Position numbers and translations under genes: made by a program. This document shows positions 50,926-64,000 of a stretch of DNA of 64,000 nucleotides, piece by piece. The stretch comes from Tubulanus polymorphus (Eukaryota; Animalia; Nemertea): positions 26,560,560-26,624,559 of the forward strand of contig NC_134027.1 of assembly GCF_964204645.1 (NCBI RefSeq), written 5' to 3'. The notes under the pieces were generated by a model, which saw only the letters and a list, made by a program, of their open reading frames with translations, was not told the DNA's origin and made no database searches. Position 1 is the first letter of the stretch. Each line of letters begins with the position of its first letter.

Positions 50926-53900
50926 TATCTGATGCAGCAATCTGACTGTCACAACTAAGAAATTATTGCAATTTGTTTAACTATCTTATAGCAATAAAAT
51001 AAGACACCAAAGCACAATTTATTTACATTTTGATTTAATCTTTATTAATATTAATATTAATATTATATACAGGTTTTTAGGATTAGCACATAAATATGTT
51101 AAAATTTAGTTATAAGTATTTATTTACATTGAAGACTGATTCTATATTACACAGATCAGAATATCGTTACAAGCAAATGGATGCTTCGTATTTGTACATA
51201 TGAATAATGAAATTATTTTGAAAATTCAATAACAATCCATTATTGTCGGTCTTCCTTTAATTACGGGAGATTTTAATTGACATCTGTCGAACACAGAAAT
51301 CCAGCAAACCTTTATAATATTGATAACAATACCATACACAAACAATATGATTTATACTACACTAACAACTCTATAAGATGTTAGACAGGGCCCCAGGATA
51401 CAAACTATACCTTACACTCATCTATTATAGAAATCAATTCAAGTGAAAATTCATAACAATAGTAGATCATTAACAGCCCGGTCAGCGGTCCAACCAAACA
51501 CATTTTGTATCATGGTTTATTCGAAGTTCATGATTGACTGAGCATTTCACTGTTCGAAGATTAAGGGCATGTAACATTTGACCCTAATCAAAGGATACTT
51601 ATCTAATTATGCTAGTTAAACTGCTATAACAGTTGGATCGTGGAACAGTCACACAGTGATTAGATTATACAGTATTCATATTTTGCAGTGAAGACCCCTT
51701 TGAAATGAATTTCAATATTCTTAGTACACGCAAGCCATTATTTAGTTGCATATTCTATAGGATACCTCTACAATCAAAAGGCACTAAATTCATACCCTTT
51801 CAATAGATGGCTCTAGTACACAAACAAACAAACATCTATCATTCAGAAATAGCACATATACGGTTTTTGTGGTAAGATTTTAGTAACAGGGCTGGAATGT
51901 GGAAGGAAGAAGAATATTTTTGATTAAATGGAACATTATTGCATAAAATGGATACACCTATATATTAGTCAAACACTAGTTTCGATGCAGTTTCACAAAA
52001 ATGTTTCAACTCAAAGGTTGTTTGAATTGCAGTCCGGACTCCTTGAAATCGTGAATACAGTAAACCACCCCTTACTTGGACATTGCCAACTTGGACTTTC
52101 GACTAACTCAGAGAAAAAACAGTACCATCTTTGCAGATCCGAGTTTGCCCGAGTTAGGCAAGGTTTACTGTAATCACGATTAGACCAGAAATTTTATATG
52201 AACTTTTTTGTGAAACAGGAACCAGATTCAAAACATGAAATATGTTCATACATCTTAAAAGGTAAATAAATGAATAGGAGTTTTACACTGGTTCGTAGTT
52301 ACGCTTTGTAAGGCATCATCTCATTTTTATCATTAGTTCAGTTGATTCTTTTAATGTCAAAAGCTACGCGTACTGGTATTAACACATACATTATAAACAG
52401 TCAGAATTAGGTACAGACTTTATACCTATAGATATCACAGAATAATCATCTTTAACATTTTTACTTATTTTCACTGTCATGTGCGTCATTAGTATCTGGG
52501 TATTATTCTTCAGTTAAGCCACATTTTAAGGGTTTTGTAAAATTCAATGTAAGTATCACTTGATTCAAGTTCAAATAAAGAACAAATTTGCATAATTTAA
52601 CACAAAGTGTAACCACATTTGAATGATGGTCAGTTCAGTGAAGGGCGATTAGTAAGGAGTGGAATAGTGGAAAAACAATCTCAATACAGAGCACAGTCTA
52701 GATAATCACTTCAACAACACACTTTCAGATTACATACATAGAAATATTTCTATCGTAAGAAGTCACATTATAACAAGTTTATAGAGAATCAGTCACAGTA
52801 ATAACGCAAAAATAATATTAAGTCCGAAAATGTTTCCTTGAGCTTGAATAGTTTATTCAACATTTCAAATAAATTCCATTTTGATTAAATTAGTCATCTT
52901 CAGGAGAGTACTAATGGCAATTAGAATACAGTCGAAATGCCAAATAAACTACTAGCTCGAGGAGACATTTTTGGACTATATTATTTCTATGTTATTAATG
53001 TGTGATTCTCTATAGATTATCAATGGTTTTTATAACAAGTTTTTTCAACAATAAAGAAGACATAAAAACTTTCATTTTCTCCGAATAAAATAGAGATCGA
53101 AGCTGATGACACAATAAACACTCAAATAAACGGATCATCAAGGTTTTAAGGCAGAATCGAACTCTCAATTTGCAGTCATCATCAGATGAATCCAACTTTA
53201 GCAAGTAATATATATGTATATATATTACATAGGGGATCATTCATTTATTTCATGTACGAAAAAAATTTGAATTTTTCAACTGTCCTCCCTTAAACCAGTA
53301 CACAAAATTGGCCATTTTCTATGCACTAAAGTAACCAATTGCACTTAGCTCTAACCCCTTGCACGTAACAAATGAATGACCCCGGCCTAGGTACCTTAAA
53401 AACTAGGTTTTTACGTACCACAGAGTATTAGCACCTGTGGTAAATTCGGAGGGACTTAATCATTACTACCGCATGTTCTATCTTGTTCATTTATTTCTGG
53501 TCGGCCAATATCAAAGAGCAGACGATTTCATACTCATCTCTGTAAAAACAAATCATAGGATATTAACAGTGGAACCTCGTTCATGCAATGAACTTCAGGA
53601 GACCAGAAAATCCGTTCGTTACAACTGATAGTCCATTATATCCAGTATGAAATGAATCAAATTTTCCTACTTGGGATGAAATTCCAAATTAAATTCCATA
53701 AATCATTATAACGATGTTCCACGGTAAAAATGCACAAATGTATCTACAGTATAAGTCCTTTATGATGCCACTGCTGGATTTGGCAAATTTGTTCTTGGAA
53801 AAATGCTGGTGTTAAAATAAGCAGTGGCATTAAAAAGGATGGCGTCAGACTTTGACTGTACATGCATTAATAGAATTAAAATGTTTCCCTATGAGCAAAA

Positions 53901-53974
53901 TTTGATCAATAAATATAGATATCGGAATGCTGCTAATAGTCACAAACTATTCAGCTGTAGCGAAACTAGAGACA

Positions 53975-56900
53975 TCATTCGTCCTGTTCAATTATTACCG
54001 TTGACGCTGGTTCATCTATTTCATCCAAACTGAAAGCTGGATTGTCCGAATAAGACGTTATAACCGCACGCCGATTCACAACCGGGGAATAATCGTCCTC
54101 GAGCGATTGAGTATTATCGATATCTACAATCCTTTCATCGTCCTCCGCTAGAATACAAACGGAATTCGAACTATCGCTAGGTTTAATCAACGCTTCGTCC
54201 TCCTTGTCGTCGTCCTCGTCGTCGTCGGGTAGCGGTATTAAACTTATAGCACCATGATTTAAATTATCCTGAGTTGTCGATGAATCGTTATCGATAATTA
54301 AACACGACGACGACGCCGTACTCTGACCGCTCGTATTACGAGATCGGTAACTATCGGATAAAATACATTCAGAATCGGAACTATCTCCGCTCAAACTACG
54401 ACTGGCTCGATTAGTCTCTCCTGCTCCGTCTGCTCCGTGCTGCTGTCGATCGTCGCCGGTTTCTTCTTGTTGCGTGTGAATTATAACGTAATTATCGGGT
54501 AGTTCTTCCATCTGAGCAGCAGCAGACGTGTCACCGGATTCCTCGTTATCGCAGTGAACTCGTTCATACAACGGATTCACACCTCCGGCTGCGGCTCCTC
54601 CGGATCCTCCTCGCTGGAGTCGCGCAGCGCGAATTTGAGCCATCACTTCTTCGAACGGTCGCGACGATCTCATCGCTTCGTGATACGGCGGCGGCGCCGG
54701 TATACGCATGAATTCGGCTTGTAATCGAGACATCGGCGTATCGAATCCGCTACCGTTTTCGTGCAGACGTAACGCGAATAGTTTAATGGTACAACCGAGC
54801 GCGATAACGAGAACGAGGCCGCAGATTAATGAACCGACTACAGCTGCTAGTATCACACGCACTGACGGCACAGCTTTATAAAATAATAAAACAATAACCC
54901 GTTATTCAATGTTGAATTCGTGATTCTAAAAAGAGGACTCTACGTTTGGGGCAAGCGTGGATCAAGCAGGTGTCGCTAGTGTGCATTAGGACACCGACTA
55001 CTGCGGAGAGGATTCAAAGATTTTCAAATTCTTTGGACCTTGCTATATCTCAATCCTAAATATCAATCTGAGACCCTAAATATCAATCTTAGTTGATCAA
55101 GAAACATTATTTGTCTAATTTCTGATTTTTAACTTGGTTGATACGCAGTACAACATCTAGCAGAATAGATGGCGCAGCATGCCATCTTGGGGGGTAACTG
55201 GTGCACGCAGAGCCCTCATTCTAGACAAATCATCAATACCTGTACAATTGTGTTCATCACTTCCATCATCGCAGTCATTCGTACCGTCGCACAACCAAGA
55301 TTCAAATATACATTTCTTGTTCGAGCATAGATAAGTACCATTATGAGGACCGCATATATCAGCACCTGAGAAGAGCAAGTTACAAGTTATCAGTTTCGTA
55401 TGAAATGCATTAAAATCCAATAGTGAATACATGAAACCTTGCTTAGTACATAATTCCTACCATCAAAACCAAGAGTTGGAAAATGAGAAGGGAAATCAGA
55501 AAATGATTTCATTAGAATTATTCCAAAGTCTGAGTCAGGCGAGGTGTACTGCAGACAATCTTGGTGACAGGCTGCAAGACTGTTGAATAGTATCATTGTC
55601 TCTGCACAAAGCACGCTTATAATTTCATTACCTCAATTCCAAGACAAAACTGTTCAATGCATATTAATATTAAGACATGACGCATTACCCCGGAAGAGAG
55701 TGCGTTTTAAGTTTGCGACCTGAATGGAATTACTTTGCTAAATAAATCATATAATTCTAAGACTTACTGCAATTGATTTCGTCTTTATTATCGAGACAGT
55801 ATCCGAGACCATTACAACGTTCAGACAGAGCGTAACAACGATTACTATCTGTGCTACACGGGAACGAGTCCGGAGTACCTTTACATCGAGCTTAAAATAT
55901 ACATCACATTATATAACATTAACCATTATGTTTTCAATATTGTATTTACAGTTAGTGACCTAATCATTAGTCGTAAGCTTTACTTTACTTTACTACCAAA
56001 TCAGTAAACAGGGTCCCTACAAATCGGTCATTCCTGGATATAAGGAGTTTTCAAGGAGTTTTAATGACAGAAATTTCAGAATTTCGAAGAAGCATCATTT
56101 TCATATCCCAATTACTCTAGACTTCTCGTGAAGGGGTACTGTTTATCTCGGTAAACCATTACCAGGTAATTAAACAGTTTTATAAACAAATTTTTATCCT
56201 TTACACTACCTAAACTCGACTTTTAATTCAGCAACCTTCCGACTTAGGGAAGTTCATGTAAGATTTTAAATCGATGACAAATTTTCTACTTACGACAGTT
56301 TTTCTCATCCGATCCGTAACTCTTACAATTCCAAACACCGTCGCATTTCTCGTAACTATCGTAACAGTTTATCTCTCCGTGACATCGCGTCTGATCAGGG
56401 AAACATATACCTGAATGATAAAACACATAGTTATCAATTAATTATCAGTTAAGAAGGAATAACAGCATCATAATAAGCAGATCCAGTCTTAGGAATAACG
56501 GTTCCAGATTACAGTTTTAAAGGAGAAAATTTCAAATTTCGAGGAAGCGTCTGCATCATTTCATGTCCCAATTACAGTAGACTCTCCCATAAATTGGCAC
56601 TGTCTTTATTTTTATCCTTAACACTACCTTAACTCGGTACTAATTCAGTAACCGCCTCTTTGAGTAAAGAATCCTACTCCAAGCTGTACTGACTTAGGCA
56701 TAGTTTGAAAATTGTACAAGATACCGAGGTATAAATGAGTTTTGGGAATTTTGCTCAAATTAAAAACATATTCCTGTTTAGGAGTTTTTAAGGATTTAGT
56801 AGTAGGGACCCTGACATACGAGTACTCCAGAATGGATAGACCCAATCGAAATGTGCCTAGAAATGAACTACCATACCGCATCAAAACATCAATGGATGAC

Positions 56901-59900
56901 ACAAACCTTTTCGTTGATAAGTGAGGTTGAATCCGTGACCGATGATGCTTCCGAATGGTTGCGGATTATCGCTGTAGAATCTCAACACGAATTCACTGGA
57001 CGTCGATTCTAGGAATCGCGGTGGATGATTATTCATGTTGTATTTACCGACTCTTTTAGAGTATATCGGTCCGTCGTAGATCGTCAGATAGTCCGTCTCG
57101 ACTCCGAAATCAAACGTTTTAAATCGCAGTTGAATCCTTACACCAGGTGGCGCATGTATCGACCATACGCAGTTCATATTAGCCGGGTAATACCCCTGAA
57201 CGAAATGAGGCGTCTGGATAATTCCTAGCAATCCTTCGACGTGTCCTCCACATGAGCGTCGTTCTAGAAATTAGAATTCGAATAAATGTGTAGAACAATG
57301 TATGATAAACAGGGATGGATCTAGAAGGCCGAAAGAAAAGGAAGGCCTGATGCGAGGTTCCCCCTCTTTTGAATCTTTGAGGAATAAATTGAAGAACATG
57401 CACTTTCCAAGGCGATGAATATCAAAGTTGCATGTTTTAACAATTTCTATCTTGGGTCCAGACTCCCTAAAATCCACCATGAATTGATTCAAAACTTACG
57501 ACAACCGATTTCATCGACTCTAGACACACAATCGTTGACTCCATCACATTTCTTCACGTTGTAAAAACATGTACTTCGTCCAGTTTTGACTGATATACAA
57601 CTGAACTGTTCGATGTGACAGTATTCAGTTATCGGTGTCGGTCGGTGAATACCTGTCATATCAAATAAACATTCTTACAATACATTAAATGAATCGGGAT
57701 ATTTGAAATTTGCAACGTGTCACAAGAGGCAAAGGAAAAGTAGAGCACCAAATCAGAAAAGTTTGAACAATTCCGAATATTCGATTTTCCAATAAAAACT
57801 ATTATGAAGGAATGATGATTCCTTGATAATAGTTCTTAGTTGAAAACCAAAAATTCAGAGTTTATGGTTCGAAAAAAAAATTTCAGTTTTTTCATTAGGG
57901 TTAAACACCCAAGTCTGGGTGAATTCATTTAACATGAAGGGAAACTAAGATACAGTCACATACAATAGACTCTTGTCTCAGACTTCCAATTCCCTGTGGC
58001 CAGTTGCGCAGTCTTTGTTTAGATTTGAGACAAGTTTAGGATCAGTTTTATGACTCAGACAGCTTTTAGAGTTCTTCGACAGCTGCCTTGATTCTTTTCG
58101 TACAGAATAAGGTGAACAATACTTGAACTAACATTGTACGGGAGATTTGTTACTGACCTGCAGAACAACGATGTTCATCACTTCCATCAGAACATTCTCT
58201 CATTCCGTTACAACGCCATTTATCATAGATACATTTACCGCTTAAACATTTAAATTCATCACTACGACAAGTATTATTGAAACGAACCGGACCTAAAAAA
58301 ATTCAGATAGAAAAATTGAGAAAATGAGATACAATGCCTGTAGTCCGTGTCGCGCCTAAAACTTCTTCCAAAGTGCCCTTTTCTCTAGGATTCTCTTCGG
58401 AAAGCAGGGGTGGATCTAGGGAAAATTAGAAGTCATTTCTCAGATAGAGCAGCAAAGTTAAAGGCTTCTATTCGGGTTCCTCCCTCAGTTTAAGATATAT
58501 CTTTAGATATTACAAGGTCGAAAGTTCCGAGAGGATGAATGCTTTTAACAGGTTTTAACGATCGCTTTCCCAAAAGAAAAGGCTGTCACTGGAAAGGAGC
58601 TAACTTAAGAAAAAATATGCAAATTCAACATTCATAGGTTCAGAGTTTGAAGTTCTTAGTTTCTATACATACCAGAAATATAATTCAAATTGAATCCTCT
58701 TCCTGTACCCTGACCTCCTGTTTGATATGTCACTATCACCGATGAGTTACTCATAAATACAGGCGGCAAAATTTTCATTATATCTTTACAATATCGCCAC
58801 TGGTTTTTATTCCCATCGGCTAATTCAACATAGCTATCACCACACATCCGACTCTTGCCCATCGGAAAGTCGAGATCATTGAAACTATAATAGCAAAAAA
58901 CAGCAAATCATGAAAACATTCTTAACGAGATACTTAACGAGAGAAATCCCACAATAACGAAGCCAAGATTGAAAAATCCAAAATCGGAATGATTATATTT
59001 GAGGAGGCGACGTTTCGGCTAACAACTGTTAGCCATCATCAGGCGTACTAATGTAGATACTTATAACACCTATCTATATAACATAAAATCCCACACATGA
59101 GCTCGCATTATTCAAATTTTCAAAGATATCCCAATAGACATTTTCAGGAATAATGATGTGTGTGACATAATTCTCAACAAAGAGAGTAAAGACAAGTCAG
59201 AATATAACATACGAATAAAGGGGTTAGAACCCTTAGCACCTTCTATCTCGAATGTAGGTTGGTTTATAGCTCCAGATGCTGGATGGATTAATTACCTGAT
59301 AGTTAAAGTAGAACCAGCGGGTACATTAATGCGCCATCGTTTACACGAGTTAGTCCGATAGTCCGGACTTCTGATTTCTCCGCGTATATCGTGTAATTTT
59401 ACTGTCGGATATTTTAAACACGCTGAAAAATATATTAACGCAATAATTAAAACAGTGGAAACAGATTCTTACAGATCAGAGAATCTAGAATTCCGTGATT
59501 TTCCATGAACGTTGACCAAAATCCCCCGCAATAAATCATAAAATATCTTCAATGGGGGCGGTTTCTAATCAAGAGGTTCCTTGTGCCACTCATATCAGCA
59601 ACAAAAAACACGAGACATCGTAAATTAAACTTCCCCAACTTTTCAAGAAAGGGGTCAGAATTTCATAATTTTTCCTGCAGGAAAAAATAAATCCAGAATT
59701 CCCATATCTGTATTAACCTTGAATACTTTAATTGTATAGGCCTATATATGGGTGAATCAATGAAAAAAAACAGACAACTACATACAACGCAGCGCATTAT
59801 TACTGGATTCCACTGGAGCAATAGTATCTGAAATTAATAAAACATCAGGTAAGAATCAATTCAACGAAGAAGGACAAAAAAACTCAATCAATAATCTCGA

Positions 59901-60006
59901 TAAAAGACAGTAGCCTAGTGTGTGCCACCATCAAAAACTCACCACAGATAAATAAAACAGTCATGAAATGAATGACAAAGTTAACTTTCATTTTCAACCA
60001 TGACAT
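53975..60006 (-). CDS. LRP12: Low-density lipoprotein receptor-related protein 12/3/10-like (CUB-LDLa2-CUB-LDLa3-TM), 11 coding exons
   Basis: Exons 60006-59943, 59827-59786, 59422-59296, 58884-58673, 58292-58158, 57652-57500, 57263-56907, 56410-56294, 55890-55768, 55365-55240, 54873-53975. Signal peptide, two CUB domains ([11 protein letters not shown]), five LDLa repeats ([13 protein letters not shown]), [24 protein letters not shown], cytoplasmic APPPY and NPLY. The symbol denotes the family; one-to-one orthology is untested. Confidence 0.88.
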
Positions 60007-60099
60007 ATTCAACGTCAGCTGTTCACTGCAGTTGGTAAGTCTGAAATTTAAAAAAAAGTCAAAATTTGATTGACTGTCTGGACTTTGAGTGAGAGTCTG

Positions 60100-60767
60100 A
60101 CTCTGTCTGTCTCTGTTGAGGAGCCAGGAGGTTTTAATGATGTAAAATGTATTGGTTAACTACACGATGATATAGATTTAGATAAAATACATACACAGAT
60201 CATGAAAAACAGGTTTTATCGCGACATAGTTTGTTTGATGATTATAATGATAATGTTTTAGGATTTTTTTGTTTTATTTACTTCCTGGTTCACAGCGCCA
60301 CCTACTACACCATTATAGGTGAACGGATATTATTTCAATAAAGATCGGGAAATGGTTCAGTCTAAATTAATTGGTGATGATTTGAGTAAAATATTTAAAG
60401 ATTTTTAATAAAAAAATAAATTTTTATGCTAAATTTCGGTAAGAATTAAATTCCATTTACGCGATAATTAAGATATGTGGATTCCAATTCAATTTAAAAA
60501 GGGAATTTTTTATATTATAAGAATAGATGTGTTTGAAGTTCTTTACTATGGAAATTTCTTTACACGAATAAAACCTTTCCATCTAATCGTGAATCAAGTA
60601 ATTAAGGGGTCGCCGATGGCTCGCCGAACCGACGTTAGTTCATGGAAACTCCGCCAGGGGACCGTACGGTGCTGCCACCAACCTTAAATCCAAAAGAGAA
60701 TTTATTGACATTTCTAATCACTGAAACGCCCCTGTGAATATACGGAAAAAAATCCCATCGATGAAAG
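60100..60767. promoter_or_regulatory. Bidirectional promoter interval between LRP12-like and WASP
   Basis: Head-to-head ATGs about 760 bp apart. acttcctgg (~60280), cagcgccacctac (~60293) and accgtacggtgctgccaccaa (60661-60681). Confidence 0.5.
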
Positions 60768-63700
60768 ATGACAAACCCTTCACGACAGTTGAGGAATACT
60801 GGTTCAGCTTTATTAACAAATGAAGAGAATGAAAAACTGTTTAATTTGGTTGGAGCTAGATGCTTGGTTAGTACAAAAACCACCAAACCATTTGATTTAA
60901 CCAAAAATAAACGATCCAAATTTATCAATCATCTCTCATTCTCTCAATTTACTCATAAATCCAATGTCATATGTTTTGATTCTATTTTAAGGCGTTATCG
61001 TCAGCGGTAGTTCAGGTTTATATGTGCGATCCTCCGTCAACGAGACGATGGAATAAACGATGCTGCGGTGTCGCCACCTTCGTTAAAGATAATCCGAAAC
61101 GATCGTATTACATCAGAGTTTTTAGTCTCGGCGTAAGTTGAAGAAGTTTAACGATGAATTTCTTGGGTATGACTGCAGTTTAGGTGTCCCTAATGGTTAT
61201 GTACCTAACCTTACCATAACACTATTCTTTAATAACACTAACGCCACCCAGTGGATAGGTGACCCAAACTGCAGTTAGACCATTTCGTGTATTACTTTAT
61301 TTGAATCGCTATCTGAAGGTTTGTTCTGTATTTCAGGCTGATAATGGCGGTAATAATCTATTGTGGGAACAGGAATTGTACAGTCAGTTTAAATACGTCG
61401 TTGCGAGGCCTTATTTTCATACTTTTGATGCTGATGTGAGTATTAGCATACGCACTATGTCTCATATAGATTTAGGTGATAATATTTTCTCGCCCTCAAT
61501 CCACTGACTAACACTCAGGATCCAGTTCCACAGTTGTGAGTTAAAATTTGACTCGGATTTGAATTCAGTTCCACAGTTGTGAGTTAAGATCTGACTCTAG
61601 GTTAACTCATTGAAAATAACTTATTTTAACTTAACTAACCAGAGTCAACTCTAACTCAGAACTGTGGAACTCTGGAACCAGGACATTGGAAGCAGGTTCC
61701 CCTCGACCCTGAGCGTCTCTCAGAAATCATTAGCAGCATCAAGCAGAAAATTTATTTTCCCAATACCTTTTATACAGGGTGTGAATTTGGGAAACCTGAC
61801 CTACAGCGATATATTATCATGGAATGTTGTGGGTGGCCACAGCAATTTATCTAAAACCTACAACATTTTCATATGTCAAATCTGAAATTCATCATAGCAA
61901 ATTGGTAATTCGTACAAATCACCATCTCTAAATTATGGATAAGCAATTTTCAGGGCTGTACCTAGCATTTGAATTAGGAGGGGAAATCTGAAGAAAAAAA
62001 ACATTTCTATCAGAAACAATGATATTTGCAAACAGAGCACTTTCCAAAATTGCCCCTACCCCTACCCCTACCCCTGCTAGGTGCAGCCCTGTTTTTATCA
62101 TTCAACCACTTAATATACTTACCTTTTAACTGCTACAGGCAATAAATTGATAGTTTATCATTACTTAAGGGCCGACAACACCTACAATGATTAGGCTAAG
62201 TACTATGTGTCATCCTCCCCCTGGCAGGGATCTCAACCTGATGGCATTGTTGGACTCAGCCACGGCACAAAACCCTGCCACACTAGACCGGGTGCGTGCT
62301 CTGGTACATGCGTGTTAGCTATAGATAAAACTGGTATTGCCTCTTTAACAAATGTAACAAATGACTGACAGATCATGATCAGATCATCTATAGCCATTAT
62401 GACAAACATAACAATGTATGTAATAAACCCACGGCATTTCACTGGAGTCAGTAAGGAAGGATACAAACCAGCAGCAATAGTTTTATTACCTGCTGCCAAT
62501 GCCGCCTCTGCTGTTGTTAAATTCGAGGCATGCAATAAAAATACTTTGCCACTACTAGGATTAGAATTCACCCACTAGAGCCCAGTGACTGACAGCCGTT
62601 GAGAATCACTATTTCAGTTCATTTCGGGTAATTTGCTTCTTTATAACGATGGTTTATATGTGATGATATTGTAAATGTTTTTAAGGATTGTGCTGCTGGA
62701 TTGAATTTCGCCGAAGAGTCCGAGGCGTCCGCGTTCAGAGATGTCGTCATTTCAAAACTGAAAGAAAGAGAAAAACGAAAAGAAGGTAAAGTAAATGAAT
62801 TCTGAGGTAGTCACAGCGATAATGGGTTGGAGTGGAAAATTTTCCAGAAATTTAAGGCAATTGGCTGCATTATAAACAGTGTCCGGGATACAAGATAAAC
62901 CTAAGCAATCATGGCTCTGTGGCAAATGCAGTCCGGGGTATGTGATAATCTAGACAGTCGGGTCCCATCCAGGACGTGGGAGATACCGCAATCAGCTCGA
63001 TCACAAGCTTGCGGTCCACTAACCGTGAAATGATCATCTATCTGGTTTATATTCATAGAGCGAAGACGCACTCACGGTGCAGCGCCTCCTGCTAGTAATA
63101 ACAATCTACAAGCTCAACCAGTCACTAAACTATCCGGTTCTACGCAGAGTCTACCGTCGTACGAGTCGGACACTTTGAAACGCAAGAAAGATAAAGATAA
63201 TAAGAAGAAGAAGACTCGACTGACGAAAGAGGATATCAGTAATCCTACTGATTTCAGGTATTCATCAACATTCTACAAACTCTAACTCGGTTCATCCTTT
63301 AAAATATAACATTACTGAAGTCATCTCTATTTTTGGAGTCCCAAATTGTATTATTTCCAATTCAATATCATTTTGGACTTAAGTCATCAACATAATGATT
63401 GTCCCATATATGACGACTAAACTCAATACCTCATCTGATAAGTCGTCTCATTACTAAAGTCATTTCTACTTTTTTAGCCTCAATTCTATTTACTAAGTGT
63501 AAGTCATCAACATAATGATTGTCCCATATATGACGACTAAACTCTCTGATAAGTCATTGCATTACCTAAGTCATCTCTACTTTTTTAGCCCCAATTCTAT
63601 TTACAAAGTGTAAGTCATCAACATAATGATTGTTCGCAATATGAATGACTTATTCGAGTTTAACTGTTACATCAGCTTTGTATCATCAGTATTTGCTGGA

Positions 63701-64000
63701 AGTCCTGATTTCTTTGATCAAATATCCTTTCTTATTTTCCCAGGCATGTAAGTCACGTAGGATGGGACCCAGAAAAAGGCTATGACGTAAGTTATTGCTA
63801 TTTGCGGTTTTTCCAATCACTTCACTAAAAAATTTTCGAAAAAATTAAATCTCGTTCTCGTTTAATTCGACAGACGAACAACATGGATCCGAGTTTGAAG
63901 AATTTATTCGATAAGATCGGCGTTTCCGAATCGCAGCTTAAAGATAAAGAAACGTCGAAATTTATTTATGATTTCATCGAGTCGCAAGGAGGTTTAGAAG
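60768..64000 (+). CDS. WASL: Wiskott-Aldrich syndrome protein / N-WASP (5' part; runs off window)
   Basis: Exons 60768-60866, 60992-61132, 61337-61435, 62686-62785, 63059-63257, 63744-63786, 63874->64000. WH1 domain ([49 protein letters not shown]), basic region ([17 protein letters not shown]) and CRIB ([16 protein letters not shown]). Confidence 0.95.
61166..61281. mobile_element. MITE with GG-starting TIRs and 8-bp TSD (Merlin-like)
   Basis: TSD atttcttg / atttcgtg (1 mismatch). TIRs ggtatgactgcagtttaggtgtcc / ggtgacccaaactgcagttagacc. Internal cctaacc. Confidence 0.6.
63380..63632. repeat. Tandem repeat, ~110-120 bp unit, ~2.3 copies (WASP intron)
   Basis: taagtcatcaacataatgattgt at 63380, 63500 and 63611. 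Confidence 0.8.

Overview
AT-rich, intron-containing animal genomic DNA. An invertebrate, probably spiralian-like, is my inference from gene content and compact introns. Six spliced protein-coding genes can be built exon by exon with GT-AG junctions that keep frame: AUH (+, 4113-13606), Bicaudal-D (-, 22856-18942), an N-myristoylation-motif double-C2 synaptotagmin-like gene (+, 39773-43018), a long coiled-coil gene with a NuMA-like C-terminal motif (-, 50246-44966), an LRP12/LRP3/LRP10-family CUB-LDLa receptor (-, 60006-53975) and WASP/N-WASP (+, 60768 to window end). Introns and intergenic DNA hold many MITE families, a 37x55-bp satellite and a ~115-bp satellite. Three things stand out. (1) The 13-kb ORF-free interval between BicD and the C2 gene carries a ~240-bp inverted repeat whose mismatches are strongly biased to G:U pairs on the + strand, set among duplicated exon-intron units without a reading frame. 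This is a candidate long-hairpin (hpRNA/endo-siRNA) non-coding gene. (2) A 2.36-kb Mutator-like element sits in the start-codon exon of the C2 gene, and its TIR supplies a run of replacement splice acceptors. (3) A cluster of tiny REP-like palindromes. All coordinates and counts were derived by hand; no searches were run.
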